Assembly: GCA_023381235.1 (NCBI GenBank)
Contig: JAMCTV010000111.1
Location: 1 to 25,673, forward strand
DNA length: 25,673 nucleotides
Direction of reading: 5' to 3'
DNA from: Gammaproteobacteria bacterium
Lineage (GTDB): Bacteria > Pseudomonadota > Gammaproteobacteria > SURF-13
Below are positions 17,416 through 25,673 of the stretch, piece by piece; positions within the stretch are counted from its first letter, which is position 1; every line of letters begins with the position of its first letter. Position numbers and translations under genes: made by a program. The notes under the pieces are model-generated. The model was not told the DNA's origin. It made no database searches and worked only from the letters and a program-made list of their open reading frames with translations.

Positions 17416-18408
17416 TTATCCGGCGCAATGGATCCAAAGTTTGTGCTCCGCGCGCTGCACCTCCGTGCCGAGTTCCGCGCACAGGCGCATCATGCGCCGG
17501 GCGATGTATTCAAACTGCTCTCCCGCGGCGCGTTCGGTACGGCACTGGCCGATGAAGACCGGGTAAAGGGCGATGCCTTGCAGCGAAGAGCGCGTGAGCG
17601 CCAATTCGAAGAGTGATTGATGGTCGTTGCGAAAGCCGGGATCAACATAATAATCGTCCACCAGATCACCCGCGGCGTAAATGATCGGACGGCCGCGGTA
17701 AATCTCGATGCCATGAAATAGATGGGCGCTATGGCCGAAGATAATACCATAGCCCATGTCTATCGCAGCGCGGGCCAGTTTTATGAAATACCTCGAAGGG
17801 CGCTCCGCCCAGTTCGATCCCCAGTGCAGCGACAGAATGGGCCAGTGCACGCCGTTATCGCGCAGCATGGCGCAACCTTTACCTATCTCCGCCAGCGTCC
17901 GTTGCTCATCCATCAAATCCAGATAGGCGATGCCCGGCTGATTGTCTCCGGCGGCGAAGTCCTCCTGATGGTCACAATAGGCCGCCATGCCGAACTTGAC
18001 GCCTCCGCGCTCAACACAGGCCGGCGCTTGCGCCGCGTGTTTATTTGCTCCGGCCCCGGCGTGGGCAATGCCATGCGCGTCCAGATGGCGCAGTGTGTCA
18101 TGCAGACCCTCAGTGTTGAAATCCAGGGTGTGGTTATTGGCCAGGCTCACCAGGTCCACGCCTGCATTTTCAAGGGACTGGGCGGCTCCGGGCGGGGCGC
18201 CGAAATAAAAGGCCTTGGGCGCGCCGTGCCATGGTTGCGTGGATGAGGTGATGGCGCATTCCAGATTGACCACGGTCACGTCCGCCGCGCGCATGAGCGG
18301 GGCGATCCCGCCGAGAGGATAGTCCGCGCCGTGCGTCCCGATGTACTGCGCCACGATGCGTCCCAGCATGACGTCGCCGCCAAACATGACACGCAGGGGC
18401 TGATCCAT
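17416..18408 (-). CDS. CapA/PGA_cap-family metallophosphoesterase, apparently cytoplasmic
   Basis: GDVMLGR, VNLEC, SLANNH..D, HAGAG, SLHWG, GHSAH and YAAGD; no signal peptide or TM anchor visible. Confidence 0.88.
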   Translation of the reverse strand: MDQPLRVMFGGDVMLGRIVAQYIGTHGADYPLGGIAPLMRAADVTVVNLECAITSSTQPWHGAPKAFYFGAPPGAAQSLENAGVDLVSLANNHTLDFNTEGLHDTLRHLDAHGIAHAGAGANKHAAQAPACVERGGVKFGMAAYCDHQEDFAAGDNQPGIAYLDLMDEQRTLAEIGKGCAMLRDNGVHWPILSLHWGSNWAERPSRYFIKLARAAIDMGYGIIFGHSAHLFHGIEIYRGRPIIYAAGDLVDDYYVDPGFRNDHQSLFELALTRSSLQGIALYPVFIGQCRTERAAGEQFEYIARRMMRLCAELGTEVQRAEHKLWIHCAG

Positions 18409-18439
18409 TTACCGGCTCACATCAATGATGAAAATAAAT

Positions 18440-19000
18440 TTATTGCGGCGCTCCGGGCAGCTTGAAGAACAGGTCGCGGTAATATTTAAGTTCGCGTATC
18501 GAATCGCGCACGTCTTCCAGCGCGAGGTGCGCGGGAGTTTTCACGAAGCCGTCGGCGAGCGCAGGCGCCCATCGTTTTACCAGTTCCTTTACCGTGCTCA
18601 CGTCCAGATTACGGTAGTGGAAATATTTTTCCAAATCCGGCATGGCGCGGTATAAAAAGCGCCGGTCCTGACAGATGCTGTTGCCGCACATGGGCGATTT
18701 GTTGCGCGGAACGTGCCTTTGCAGGAATTCCAGGGTCCTTTGCTCGGCCTCGATTTCATTGACCCGGCTGGCGCGCACGCGCTCCACCAGCCCGGACTGG
18801 TTATGCTGCTGCGTATTCCAGTCATCCATGCCGGCGAGTATCTCCTCGCTTTGATGAATGGCGAACACCGGCCCTTCCTCGATGATGTTCAAGTCATTGT
18901 CGGTCACGGCGGTGGCGATTTCGATGATCCGGTCGGTGTCGGTGTTCAGCCCGGTCATTTCCAGGTCTATCCAGATCAAATTATTGGGATTTTGCGCCAT
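18440..19000 (-). CDS. orn: Oligoribonuclease
   Basis: [47 protein letters not shown] and H.AL.D..DSI.EL.YY. Confidence 0.97.
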   Translation of the reverse strand: MAQNPNNLIWIDLEMTGLNTDTDRIIEIATAVTDNDLNIIEEGPVFAIHQSEEILAGMDDWNTQQHNQSGLVERVRASRVNEIEAEQRTLEFLQRHVPRNKSPMCGNSICQDRRFLYRAMPDLEKYFHYRNLDVSTVKELVKRWAPALADGFVKTPAHLALEDVRDSIRELKYYRDLFFKLPGAPQ

Positions 19001-19158
19001 GGGGCTCCTTAGCAATGGGGTTCCCAAAGGAGAGAGGCGCTAGCTCTCCCCTTTGGCCGCCCGCGCGGGTTCATGCCGCGCGGTGCGAAATTATATCTGG
19101 CTACTTGCGAGGCATTGTACCAGAGGCTATGCTGGAGGAGTCGGACTCTGGTGTGCCT

Positions 19159-20406
19159 ATGAACAACTTTTCCTGGATTTTCATCACGGCGTTGATGGCC
19201 GGACTGGTGTTGCAGCTCTGGCTCATGCGCCGTCAGCAGGCCCACGTGCAGGCGCACCGCGCCGAAGTGCCGGTAGCCTTCCGCACGCAGGTTCCCCTGG
19301 AAACCCACCACAAGGCTGCAGACTACACTGCGGCCAAGCTGCGCCTGGGGGAGATCGAACTGACCACGGGGGTGTTGTGGCTCAGCCTGTGGACGCTGGG
19401 CGGCGGGCTCAATTGGCTGGACCAGATGTGGCGCTCGCTCGCCTGGGAACCCCTGACAACCGGCGTGGCCTTTATCATCAGCACCGTGGCCGTCATGGCG
19501 CTGCTGGACTTGCCGTTCTCCCTGTATCGTACCTTTGTCATCGAACAGCGCTTCGGCTTCAACCGCACCACGCCGCGCCTGTTTGTCACCGATCTGCTCA
19601 AACAAACACTGCTGCTGCTCGCCCTGGGTATTCCGCTCAGCGCGCTGGTGCTGTGGTTGATGCAAACGTCGGGCGAGTTATGGTGGCTTTATGTCTGGCT
19701 GGTGTGGTCGGCTTTTGGCCTGCTCATGATGTGGGCCTATCCCGCCTTCATCGCGCCGCTATTCAACAAATTCAGCCCCTTGTCAGATGAGGCGTTGCGC
19801 CTGCGCATCCAGACGCTTTTGCAAAAATGCGGCTTTACCAGCAATGGTATCTTCGTCATGGACGGCTCGCGCCGCAGCGGGCACGGCAACGCCTATTTCA
19901 CCGGCTTGGGCGCCAACAAACGCATCGTGTTTTTCGACACCCTGATGACCCACCTGCAACCCGCAGAGATCGAGGCGGTGCTGGCGCATGAGCTGGGTCA
20001 CTTCAAGCGCAGGCACGTGCAAAAGCGTATGGCACAGGGCCTGGCCTTCAGTCTGCTGGGCCTGGCGCTGCTCGGCTGGCTGATAAATCAACACTGGTTT
20101 TACACCGGCTTGGGCGTGCAACAGCCGTCCCTTTACATCGCGCTGGTATTGTTCCTGCTGGTGGTGCCCGTGTTCAGCCTGTTCCTGCAACCGGTGTTCG
20201 CCTGGCTGTCACGCAAGGATGAGTTCGAAGCGGACGACTTCGCCGCCGAGCAGAGCGACGCGCGCGCCCTGGCCGAGGCGCTGGTCAAGTTGTATAAGGA
20301 AAACGCGAACACGCTTACTCCTGATCCGGTGTATTCCGCGTTCCATGATTCGCACCCGCCCGCGCCGGTCAGGGTGAGCCATCTATTGTCCAAGGTTACG
20401 GTATGA
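19159..20406 (+). CDS. M48 (Ste24-like) membrane zinc metallopeptidase
   Basis: Several TM segments, FGFNRTT, DGSRRS.HGNAYFTG, KRIVFFDTL, AVLAHELGH, EFEAD and HPP. Confidence 0.93.
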   Translation: MNNFSWIFITALMAGLVLQLWLMRRQQAHVQAHRAEVPVAFRTQVPLETHHKAADYTAAKLRLGEIELTTGVLWLSLWTLGGGLNWLDQMWRSLAWEPLTTGVAFIISTVAVMALLDLPFSLYRTFVIEQRFGFNRTTPRLFVTDLLKQTLLLLALGIPLSALVLWLMQTSGELWWLYVWLVWSAFGLLMMWAYPAFIAPLFNKFSPLSDEALRLRIQTLLQKCGFTSNGIFVMDGSRRSGHGNAYFTGLGANKRIVFFDTLMTHLQPAEIEAVLAHELGHFKRRHVQKRMAQGLAFSLLGLALLGWLINQHWFYTGLGVQQPSLYIALVLFLLVVPVFSLFLQPVFAWLSRKDEFEADDFAAEQSDARALAEALVKLYKENANTLTPDPVYSAFHDSHPPAPVRVSHLLSKVTV

Positions 20407-20422
20407 ATTACGGAGATTGGTT

Positions 20423-20731
20423 ATGAAGCAGTCAGTGAGCTTAATCATGATAGGCGCCGCGTTGATGCTGTGCGGCAGCCTGGCCCGGGCCGCCGATGCT
20501 TCGACGTTGCTCAGCACAGGCGCAAAACGCGGCGAGGCGCTCTATCAAGCCAACTGCACGCGCTGCCACGATACCTCGGTGCACACGCGGCCCAACAGCA
20601 TCATCCATTCGCTGGACGCCTTGAAAAAGCGCGTGCGCTTCTGCGAAACGAACGCTCGCCTGAAATGGTCGGATGAGCAGGTCGAGGACGTGACCGTCTG
20701 GCTCAACGAGACGTTTTACAAATTCAAGTAA
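20423..20731 (+). CDS. Small periplasmic monoheme cytochrome c
   Basis: Signal peptide ending ARA, GEALY...CTRCH, and a W.DEQVEDV.VWLN..FY tail. Confidence 0.85.
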   Translation: MKQSVSLIMIGAALMLCGSLARAADASTLLSTGAKRGEALYQANCTRCHDTSVHTRPNSIIHSLDALKKRVRFCETNARLKWSDEQVEDVTVWLNETFYKFK

Positions 20732-20733
20732 TT

Positions 20734-20770
20734 TCTCCATCCCCCTTGCAGGGAGAGGGAGGGGAGAGGG
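20734..20770. repeat. REP-like CCC/GGGAGAGGG hairpin element
   Basis: TCTCCATCCCCCTTGCAGGGAGAGGGAGGGGAGAGGG directly after the cytochrome c stop. It resembles the widespread CCCTCTCCC...GGGAGAGGG intergenic palindromes; only one copy is in the window. Confidence 0.5.
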
Positions 20771-20778
20771 TAGAAACC

Positions 20779-21117
20779 ATGACGAGCGATTTACTGAATA
20801 AACACTGCAAAGTCTGCGAAGGCGGAACCCAACCGCTCAACACTACGCAGGCGCGCGACCTGCTTAATCAAATCACCGGCTGGTCGCTGAATGAAACCGC
20901 CACTGAAATCAGCCGCACCTTCCAGTTCAAAAACTATTACCAAACCATGGCCTTTGTAAATGCGTTGGCATGGATCGCACACCAGGAGGACCACCATCCC
21001 GAACTGGAAGTGAATTATAACAAATGCCGCGTGCGCTACACTACGCACGCCATCAAGGGCCTGTCGGAAAACGACTTTATCTGCGCGGCCAAAATCGGCG
21101 CGCTGCTGAGCGCGTAA
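20779..21117 (+). CDS. phhB: Pterin-4-alpha-carbinolamine dehydratase
   Basis: C..CEG, RTFQFKNY..TMAFVNA.A.IAH.EDHHP and YTTHAI.GLSENDFICAAKI. Confidence 0.93.
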   Translation: MTSDLLNKHCKVCEGGTQPLNTTQARDLLNQITGWSLNETATEISRTFQFKNYYQTMAFVNALAWIAHQEDHHPELEVNYNKCRVRYTTHAIKGLSENDFICAAKIGALLSA

Positions 21118-21121
21118 CGGG

Positions 21122-21841
21122 CTATCTTTCGCGCCACAAGCGGGTGAGTTCGTCCTCGCCGAGCGGCTTCGGATTCTTGATTCTCAGACTGTCGGCCCAT
21201 TCCCGGGCAAAGTCGCGCTGCAAATAGCTGTTCAGGAGTCCGGTGAAGCCGATGGCGGTGAGCGCCCCCAGACTCGCCAGCGCCATGTCTTTGTGCGCGT
21301 CCCATACGTCGCCCTGGGTGCCGAGATAGGCGATTCCCAGATCGCCGCCGAAAAACTCCGCCGCGCCCCATTCGAACAGTTCGAAGATCATGGAAGTGGA
21401 CATGGTGAGGTCGAGCGGCAGGAAATAACCCCAGAAGCCGCGCACGTTGGCGATGCGCAGAAACACCTCGCGGATGGGATAGGCAAGCAGCAGGCCGTAA
21501 GAAAAATGCACCAGGCGGTCGAAATGATTGCGTTCCCACCCCATTGTATCACTCAACGTGCCGCCGGTGAGATCGCCTAGCCAGGTATCATAAGGTACTT
21601 GAGCATAGGTATAGTGAGCGCCGACGGCATGCAGCGACAGGAACAGAAAGATCAGCGTATAGGACACGCGGGAGAGCAGGAAACGCCGATAACTAAGCGC
21701 CAAAATCAAAACAGCTACTACTACCAGCGCATTCTCCAGCGCCCAATCCTTGCGGTCAAAGGGTGAGATGGCGAGCAGCGACCATTCGATGAAGAAAAGA
21801 GCGGCGAGAATGAGAAGGTAATTGCGATGTGAGATCGTCAT
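21122..21841 (-). CDS. DUF2238-family membrane protein (YjdF-like)
   Basis: W.LEN, LH.VGAHYTYA.VP, RNHFDRLVH, ELFEW and LGTQGDVWDAHKDM. Confidence 0.85.
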   Translation of the reverse strand: MTISHRNYLLILAALFFIEWSLLAISPFDRKDWALENALVVVAVLILALSYRRFLLSRVSYTLIFLFLSLHAVGAHYTYAQVPYDTWLGDLTGGTLSDTMGWERNHFDRLVHFSYGLLLAYPIREVFLRIANVRGFWGYFLPLDLTMSTSMIFELFEWGAAEFFGGDLGIAYLGTQGDVWDAHKDMALASLGALTAIGFTGLLNSYLQRDFAREWADSLRIKNPKPLGEDELTRLWRER

Positions 21842-21876
21842 TGGGCGCCCCAGATTCAAGGAGGGTTGAACCAACT

Positions 21877-22128
21877 ATGGCATGGGATTATACTGAAACT
21901 ATGATTGACAAGAAGCATATTATGATTGACCCCGATGTTATGGGGGGCAAGCCCGTCATTAAGGGAACCCGCGTCCCGGTGCAAGTCGTTGTAGGGGCTT
22001 TGGCTGGCGGGATGTCAGTCACCGAAGTCTGCAAGGAGTACCGCTTGCGTCTGGAAGATGTGCAAGCCGCCTTGGCCTATGCCGCAGAGGTGCTGGCCGA
22101 AGAAAAAGTGCATGCGCTTCCTCATTGA
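21877..22128 (+). CDS. DUF433-family putative antitoxin
   Basis: I.IDP.VMGGKPVIKGTRVPV...Y.L..EDVQAALAYA. Start is 21877 or 21901. Confidence 0.88.
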   Translation: MAWDYTETMIDKKHIMIDPDVMGGKPVIKGTRVPVQVVVGALAGGMSVTEVCKEYRLRLEDVQAALAYAAEVLAEEKVHALPH

Positions 22129-22465
22129 TGAAAATCTGCCGTTTAGTCTGGTTCAATCTCTAAGAGCGTCTCATGATGTCTTCGACGTCGCCACGAGCAC
22201 GCTGCGTGGCGCGACCGATAAAAAGATATGGCTGCATGCGGGTGCGGAGCAGCGTATTTTAGTAACCAGGGATTTGGATTTCCCGTTGTCTGGCAGTGAG
22301 ATCAAGCCAGCCGGTCTTGTTCTCATTCGAGTGCCCGAAAGTTATACCGCCTTACAGATCACGCAGCTTTTTTCAAAGGTTATGGAAGATATAGCAGTGC
22401 TTCCATTTGAAAACCACATTACCGTGATAACGCCCACAAAAGTACGTGTGCGCCGCCTGTCTTGA
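22112..22465 (+). CDS. DUF5615 PIN-like putative toxin
   Basis: MRFLIDENLP, G..D..IW..A..E.RILVTRDLDF; overlaps the DUF433 gene by 17 nt. Confidence 0.87.
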   Translation: MRFLIDENLPFSLVQSLRASHDVFDVATSTLRGATDKKIWLHAGAEQRILVTRDLDFPLSGSEIKPAGLVLIRVPESYTALQITQLFSKVMEDIAVLPFENHITVITPTKVRVRRLS

Positions 22466-22480
22466 ACTGTACGGCGAGGA

Positions 22481-23737
22481 TCACATATTTTCGATCACCG
22501 CTTCGCCAAACCCGGTCGTGCTTACTGTCTTCGCGCTTGGCATGAGGCGCGCGAGATCGCCGGTTACGGTCTTGGCGGATATCGCGCCGCAAATGCCTTT
22601 GATGATTAAATCGGCGGCTTCGAACCAGCCCAGGTGGCGCAGCATCATTTCCGCGGACAGAATAATCGAGGCGGGGTTGAGCTCGTTTTTGCCGGCGTAT
22701 TTCGGCGCGGTGCCGTGCGTGGCCTCGAATATGGCCACGGTGTCGGACAGGTTTGCGCCCGGCGCCATGCCGATGCCGCCCACCTGTGCGGCGAGCGCGT
22801 CGGAGATGTAATCGCCGTTGAGATTCAGCGTGGCGATGACGCTGAATTCCTCCGGCTTCAATAAAATCTCCTGCAGGAAGGCGTCGGCAATCACATCCTT
22901 GATGATGATTTCCTTGCCGGTTTCTGGATTGTTCATGCGGCGCCACGGGCCTTTGGCGATTTCCACCGCGCCAAATTCGCGCCCGGCCAATTCATAGCCC
23001 CAGTTCCTGAATCCGCCCTCGGTGAATTTCATGATGTTGCCCTTGTGCACCAAAGTGATGGAGTCGCGGTTATTGTCTATGGCGTAGCGTATCGCCTTGC
23101 GCACCAGGCGTTCGGTGCCCTCGCGCGACACGGGCTTGATGCCGATGCTGGAGCTTTCCGGGAAACGTATCTTTTTTACGCCCATCTCGCGTTGCAGGAA
23201 ATCAATCACCTTTTTTACTTCCGGCGTACCCGCCGCCCACTCGATACCGGCGTAAATATCCTCGGAGTTTTCGCGGAAGATGACCATGTCGGTCTTTTCC
23301 GGATTTTTGAGCGGGCTGGGCGTGCCGGTGAAATAGCGCACCGGGCGCAGGCACACGTATAAATCCAGTTCCTGACGCAGCGTCACATTGAGCGAGCGCA
23401 TGCCGCCGCCGACCGGCGTGGTGAGCGGACCCTTGATCGAAACTACGTAACTACGCACCGCCTCCAGGGTCTCATCCGGCAGCCAGGTGTCATTGCCATA
23501 TGTGGTGAGCGCCTTTTCACCGGCGTAAACTTCCATCCAGGCAATCGTCTTTTTGCCGCCATAGGCCTTGGCGAGCGCCGCATCTACCACGCGCCGCATC
23601 ACCGGCGTAATATCTACGCCTATGCCGTCGCCTTCGATGAAGGGGATGATGGGCCGGTCGGGGACATTGAGCGAGTTGTCCTGCTTGATGCAGATGGGCT
23701 GGCCGTCCTTGGGCACGACGATCTTGTTATATGGCAT
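22481..23737 (-). CDS. icd: NADP-dependent isocitrate dehydrogenase
   Basis: [61 protein letters not shown] and [20 protein letters not shown]. Confidence 0.97.
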   Translation of the reverse strand: MPYNKIVVPKDGQPICIKQDNSLNVPDRPIIPFIEGDGIGVDITPVMRRVVDAALAKAYGGKKTIAWMEVYAGEKALTTYGNDTWLPDETLEAVRSYVVSIKGPLTTPVGGGMRSLNVTLRQELDLYVCLRPVRYFTGTPSPLKNPEKTDMVIFRENSEDIYAGIEWAAGTPEVKKVIDFLQREMGVKKIRFPESSSIGIKPVSREGTERLVRKAIRYAIDNNRDSITLVHKGNIMKFTEGGFRNWGYELAGREFGAVEIAKGPWRRMNNPETGKEIIIKDVIADAFLQEILLKPEEFSVIATLNLNGDYISDALAAQVGGIGMAPGANLSDTVAIFEATHGTAPKYAGKNELNPASIILSAEMMLRHLGWFEAADLIIKGICGAISAKTVTGDLARLMPSAKTVSTTGFGEAVIENM

Positions 23738-23832
23738 GTGCTCTCCGTGGCGGTAACGAACACGAAATTTTAACATTAATTGGCATCCGGTACGAAGCTT
23801 GACCGTGTAATGTCTCGATGCGGGAGGCGGTG

Positions 23833-24480
23833 ATGAAATTTTTTATAGACACGGGACATCTTGAAGATATACGCAAGGCCGTGGAACTGGGCATGGCCGA
23901 TGGCGTCACCACCAATCCTTCGTTGCTGGCCAAGGAAACGGGCATCAGCTTCCACAAACAGATTGCGATGATCTGCGAAATGGTGAAGGGTCCGGTCAGT
24001 GCGGAAGTAATTGCGATGGATTGCGAGGGGATGCTGAAGCAGGGGCGGGAGCTTGCTAAGATTGCGCCCAACGTGACCGTCAAGCTGCCGCTCACGCCCG
24101 ACGGGCTCCGCGCCTGCGGCGTGTTGAGCAGGGAGGGCGTGATGGTCAACGCCACGCTGTGCTTCTCCGCCGCGCAAGCCATCCTCGCCGCCAAGGCGGG
24201 CGCGACGTTTGTGTCACCCTTTGTAGGCAGGATGGATGACGTCGGCGAGCACGGCATGGGGCTCATCAAGGAAATCGTGGACATTTACCGCAATTACGAA
24301 TGGAGGACGCAGGTGCTGGTTGCTTCCGTTCGGCACGTGACGCACGTGATTGAAGCCGCGCGCATCGGCGCCCACGTCGCCACCCTGCCATTCAAGGTGC
24401 TGGAGCAGATGTACCAGCACCCCCTCACCGCCCTCGGCCTGGAGCAGTTTCTGGCCGACTGGAAGAAGAGCGGGTTATAA
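23833..24480 (+). CDS. tal: Transaldolase, short TalC/fructose-6-phosphate aldolase family
   Basis: [57 protein letters not shown] and HPLT..GL..FL.DW. Confidence 0.93.
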   Translation: MKFFIDTGHLEDIRKAVELGMADGVTTNPSLLAKETGISFHKQIAMICEMVKGPVSAEVIAMDCEGMLKQGRELAKIAPNVTVKLPLTPDGLRACGVLSREGVMVNATLCFSAAQAILAAKAGATFVSPFVGRMDDVGEHGMGLIKEIVDIYRNYEWRTQVLVASVRHVTHVIEAARIGAHVATLPFKVLEQMYQHPLTALGLEQFLADWKKSGL

Positions 24481-24874
24481 ACGTGTCTTAATGACCTGAA
24501 AGAAGCTCTGTTGCGCTCCATACCGAAATTTTTATAGAATGGTTCGTCTTCGTTCGACCGTCAATCTGCCGGTTATAAAAAACGAGGAGCTTGGGTCGTT
24601 TATTAAAGCATCTCTTGATGAATCATCCACCGATACGGAATCACATCCCGTTATCTGGCCTTGGAGAAGCAATGAACGCGATACTGAACGGCTGTATGCT
24701 GCGAGCAGGGCCTCATCCCTGCCTTCCGTCTCCGAAGGACAAGCTCTTAATCCCCGTCACGATCCTTCGGACGATCCCCACCATTCTGGTGCAGGCCGAG
24801 TTCGTGGACTGGGGCACCGCGCGGCTGTCCAACCACGACCCGAAGTTCGACTTCCGCGCCCGCATCTTTACCCG

Positions 24875-25673
24875 ATGACCCCCATGAGAACCCTCCTCGC
24901 CCTCCTCCTCGCCGCCTCCACGGCCTCGGCCCTCGGGTCGGCGCCCCTGCCGCCGCTCCAGGCCCTGAGCCTGCAGGGCGTGCGCGTCGCCGCCGCGGAC
25001 GCGCCCGGAGTCGGGCCCGGCGCCGTGGCCGGGACGCAGTCGTCGTGGCAGGACCTGGTGCGCTTCTCGGACGGGCCCAACCCCTCGCCTTACGCCCGCG
25101 GCATCGCCCCCAAGGCCTGGACCGCGGCCGAGAAGCAGCTCGTGCTCGGCCACCTGGCTTGGGTCGTCCAGACCCATCCCGGGCTCTGGCAGCGCGCGGC
25201 CGCCGCCGGCCCCCTGACGCTCTACCGGACGGCGTCCATGGGGACGAAGCTGATCCTGACCCTCCACACGACGATGACCTTCGCGGATTCGGGGCTGGTC
25301 GACGGCCCGCGCACGCGTCCCCTCCAGTTCTCGACGCGCTTCAACGTCGTCCATGAGCTCGCCCACGTCGCCGACATCGAGGCGAACATCTCCTCGAAGC
25401 CCGGTTGGCGGGCCGCCGTCGAAGGCAAGCTGTGCTCCTACCACGCCCAGGCGCCGGCGCTCTCGCCCGCGGACCGCACGCCGCTGGCCGTCGGCCTGGG
25501 CCTGGGCTCGGCCTACGCGGCGCACAACCAGGCGGAAGCGCTCGCCGAGTCGGCAGCGTTCGCCGCCATGGAACCTCTGATGTCGGCCGCCGACTTCGCG
25601 GCCCTGCGCCTGAACCCGGCCGTCCTCGACTTCGTCCGCCGCGAGGTTCTCGCCGCCCCGTCGGCCCCTTCCT
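24875..25673 (+). CDS. Secreted HExxH (zincin-like) metallopeptidase-like protein, truncated by the right edge
   Basis: Translated by hand (no stop in the window). MTPMRTLLALLLAASTASA is a signal peptide; NVVHELAH lies at about 25352-25366 and SAYAAHNQAEALAE at about 25508-25549. Strongly GC3-biased codons. The start may be 24884. Confidence 0.72.
   Translation, partial: MTPMRTLLALLLAASTASALGSAPLPPLQALSLQGVRVAAADAPGVGPGAVAGTQSSWQDLVRFSDGPNPSPYARGIAPKAWTAAEKQLVLGHLAWVVQTHPGLWQRAAAAGPLTLYRTASMGTKLILTLHTTMTFADSGLVDGPRTRPLQFSTRFNVVHELAHVADIEANISSKPGWRAAVEGKLCSYHAQAPALSPADRTPLAVGLGLGSAYAAHNQAEALAESAAFAAMEPLMSAADFAALRLNPAVLDFVRREVLAAPSAPS

Noticed and set aside
18411-18424. ATCAA half-site upstream of the capA-like gene
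   Set aside because: Only one arm matches, and there is no suitably spaced -10.
19027-19053. GGAGAG...CTCTCC hairpin in the orn/M48 divergent region as an ncRNA
   Set aside because: Short stem and a single copy; nothing supports more than a chance or local promoter structure.
9744-19790. Long antisense or alternate-frame ORFs (e.g. 9744-10376, 10440-11258, 14266-15198, 19009-19665, 19053-19790; also 2121-2855, 3010-3741, 6024-6746)
   Set aside because: They fully overlap well-supported genes and have no motifs; typical shadow ORFs of GC-rich coding DNA.
24539-24874. Open frame from ATG 24539 running in frame into the peptidase, and the hybrid ORF 24591-24878 as a whole gene
   Set aside because: Both cross the compositional junction, lack an RBS and show no recognisable motifs. 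The signal peptide places the peptidase start at 24875 or 24884.
24713-25525. 270-aa minus-strand ORF
   Set aside because: Arg/Gly-rich antisense shadow of the plus-strand peptidase gene, as expected in high-GC DNA.

Overview
Mostly a GC-rich proteobacterial (probably gammaproteobacterial) chromosomal segment with intact, recognisable genes. It carries: [NiFe]-hydrogenase maturation genes (hypC-A-B-D, and hypF truncated by the window edge) with an RNase Z-family gene and a single-domain MazG among them; an archease-rtcB-prs-like-phosphoribosyltransferase run; dodecin; DksA/TraR-nrdD-nrdG; lipid-modification genes (pmtA, cfa-like, geranylgeranyl-reductase-like); rtcA; an HPF/RaiA-cold-shock fusion; CapA-like; orn; an M48 peptidase; cytochrome c; pterin dehydratase; DUF2238; a DUF433/DUF5615 toxin-antitoxin pair; icd; and a transaldolase. 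The main result is an apparent low-oxygen regulon. Three FNR/CRP-type boxes (5183, 9012, 16770; two of them identical over 15 bp) each lie exactly 23 nt upstream of a -10 hexamer. They would drive RNA ligation/repair, anaerobic dNTP synthesis and ribosome hibernation genes, a gene set that parallels part of the M. tuberculosis DosR dormancy regulon. Other anomalies: a 27-bp inverted copy that overwrites the conserved loop of the prs-like gene without changing its length; a 54-nt hairpin repeat with compensatory changes; a 17-bp duplication at the left edge; and an abrupt switch near 24.7 kb to much higher-GC DNA encoding a secreted HExxH peptidase (chimeric join or foreign insert). All calls come from reading motifs by eye; no database searches were run.
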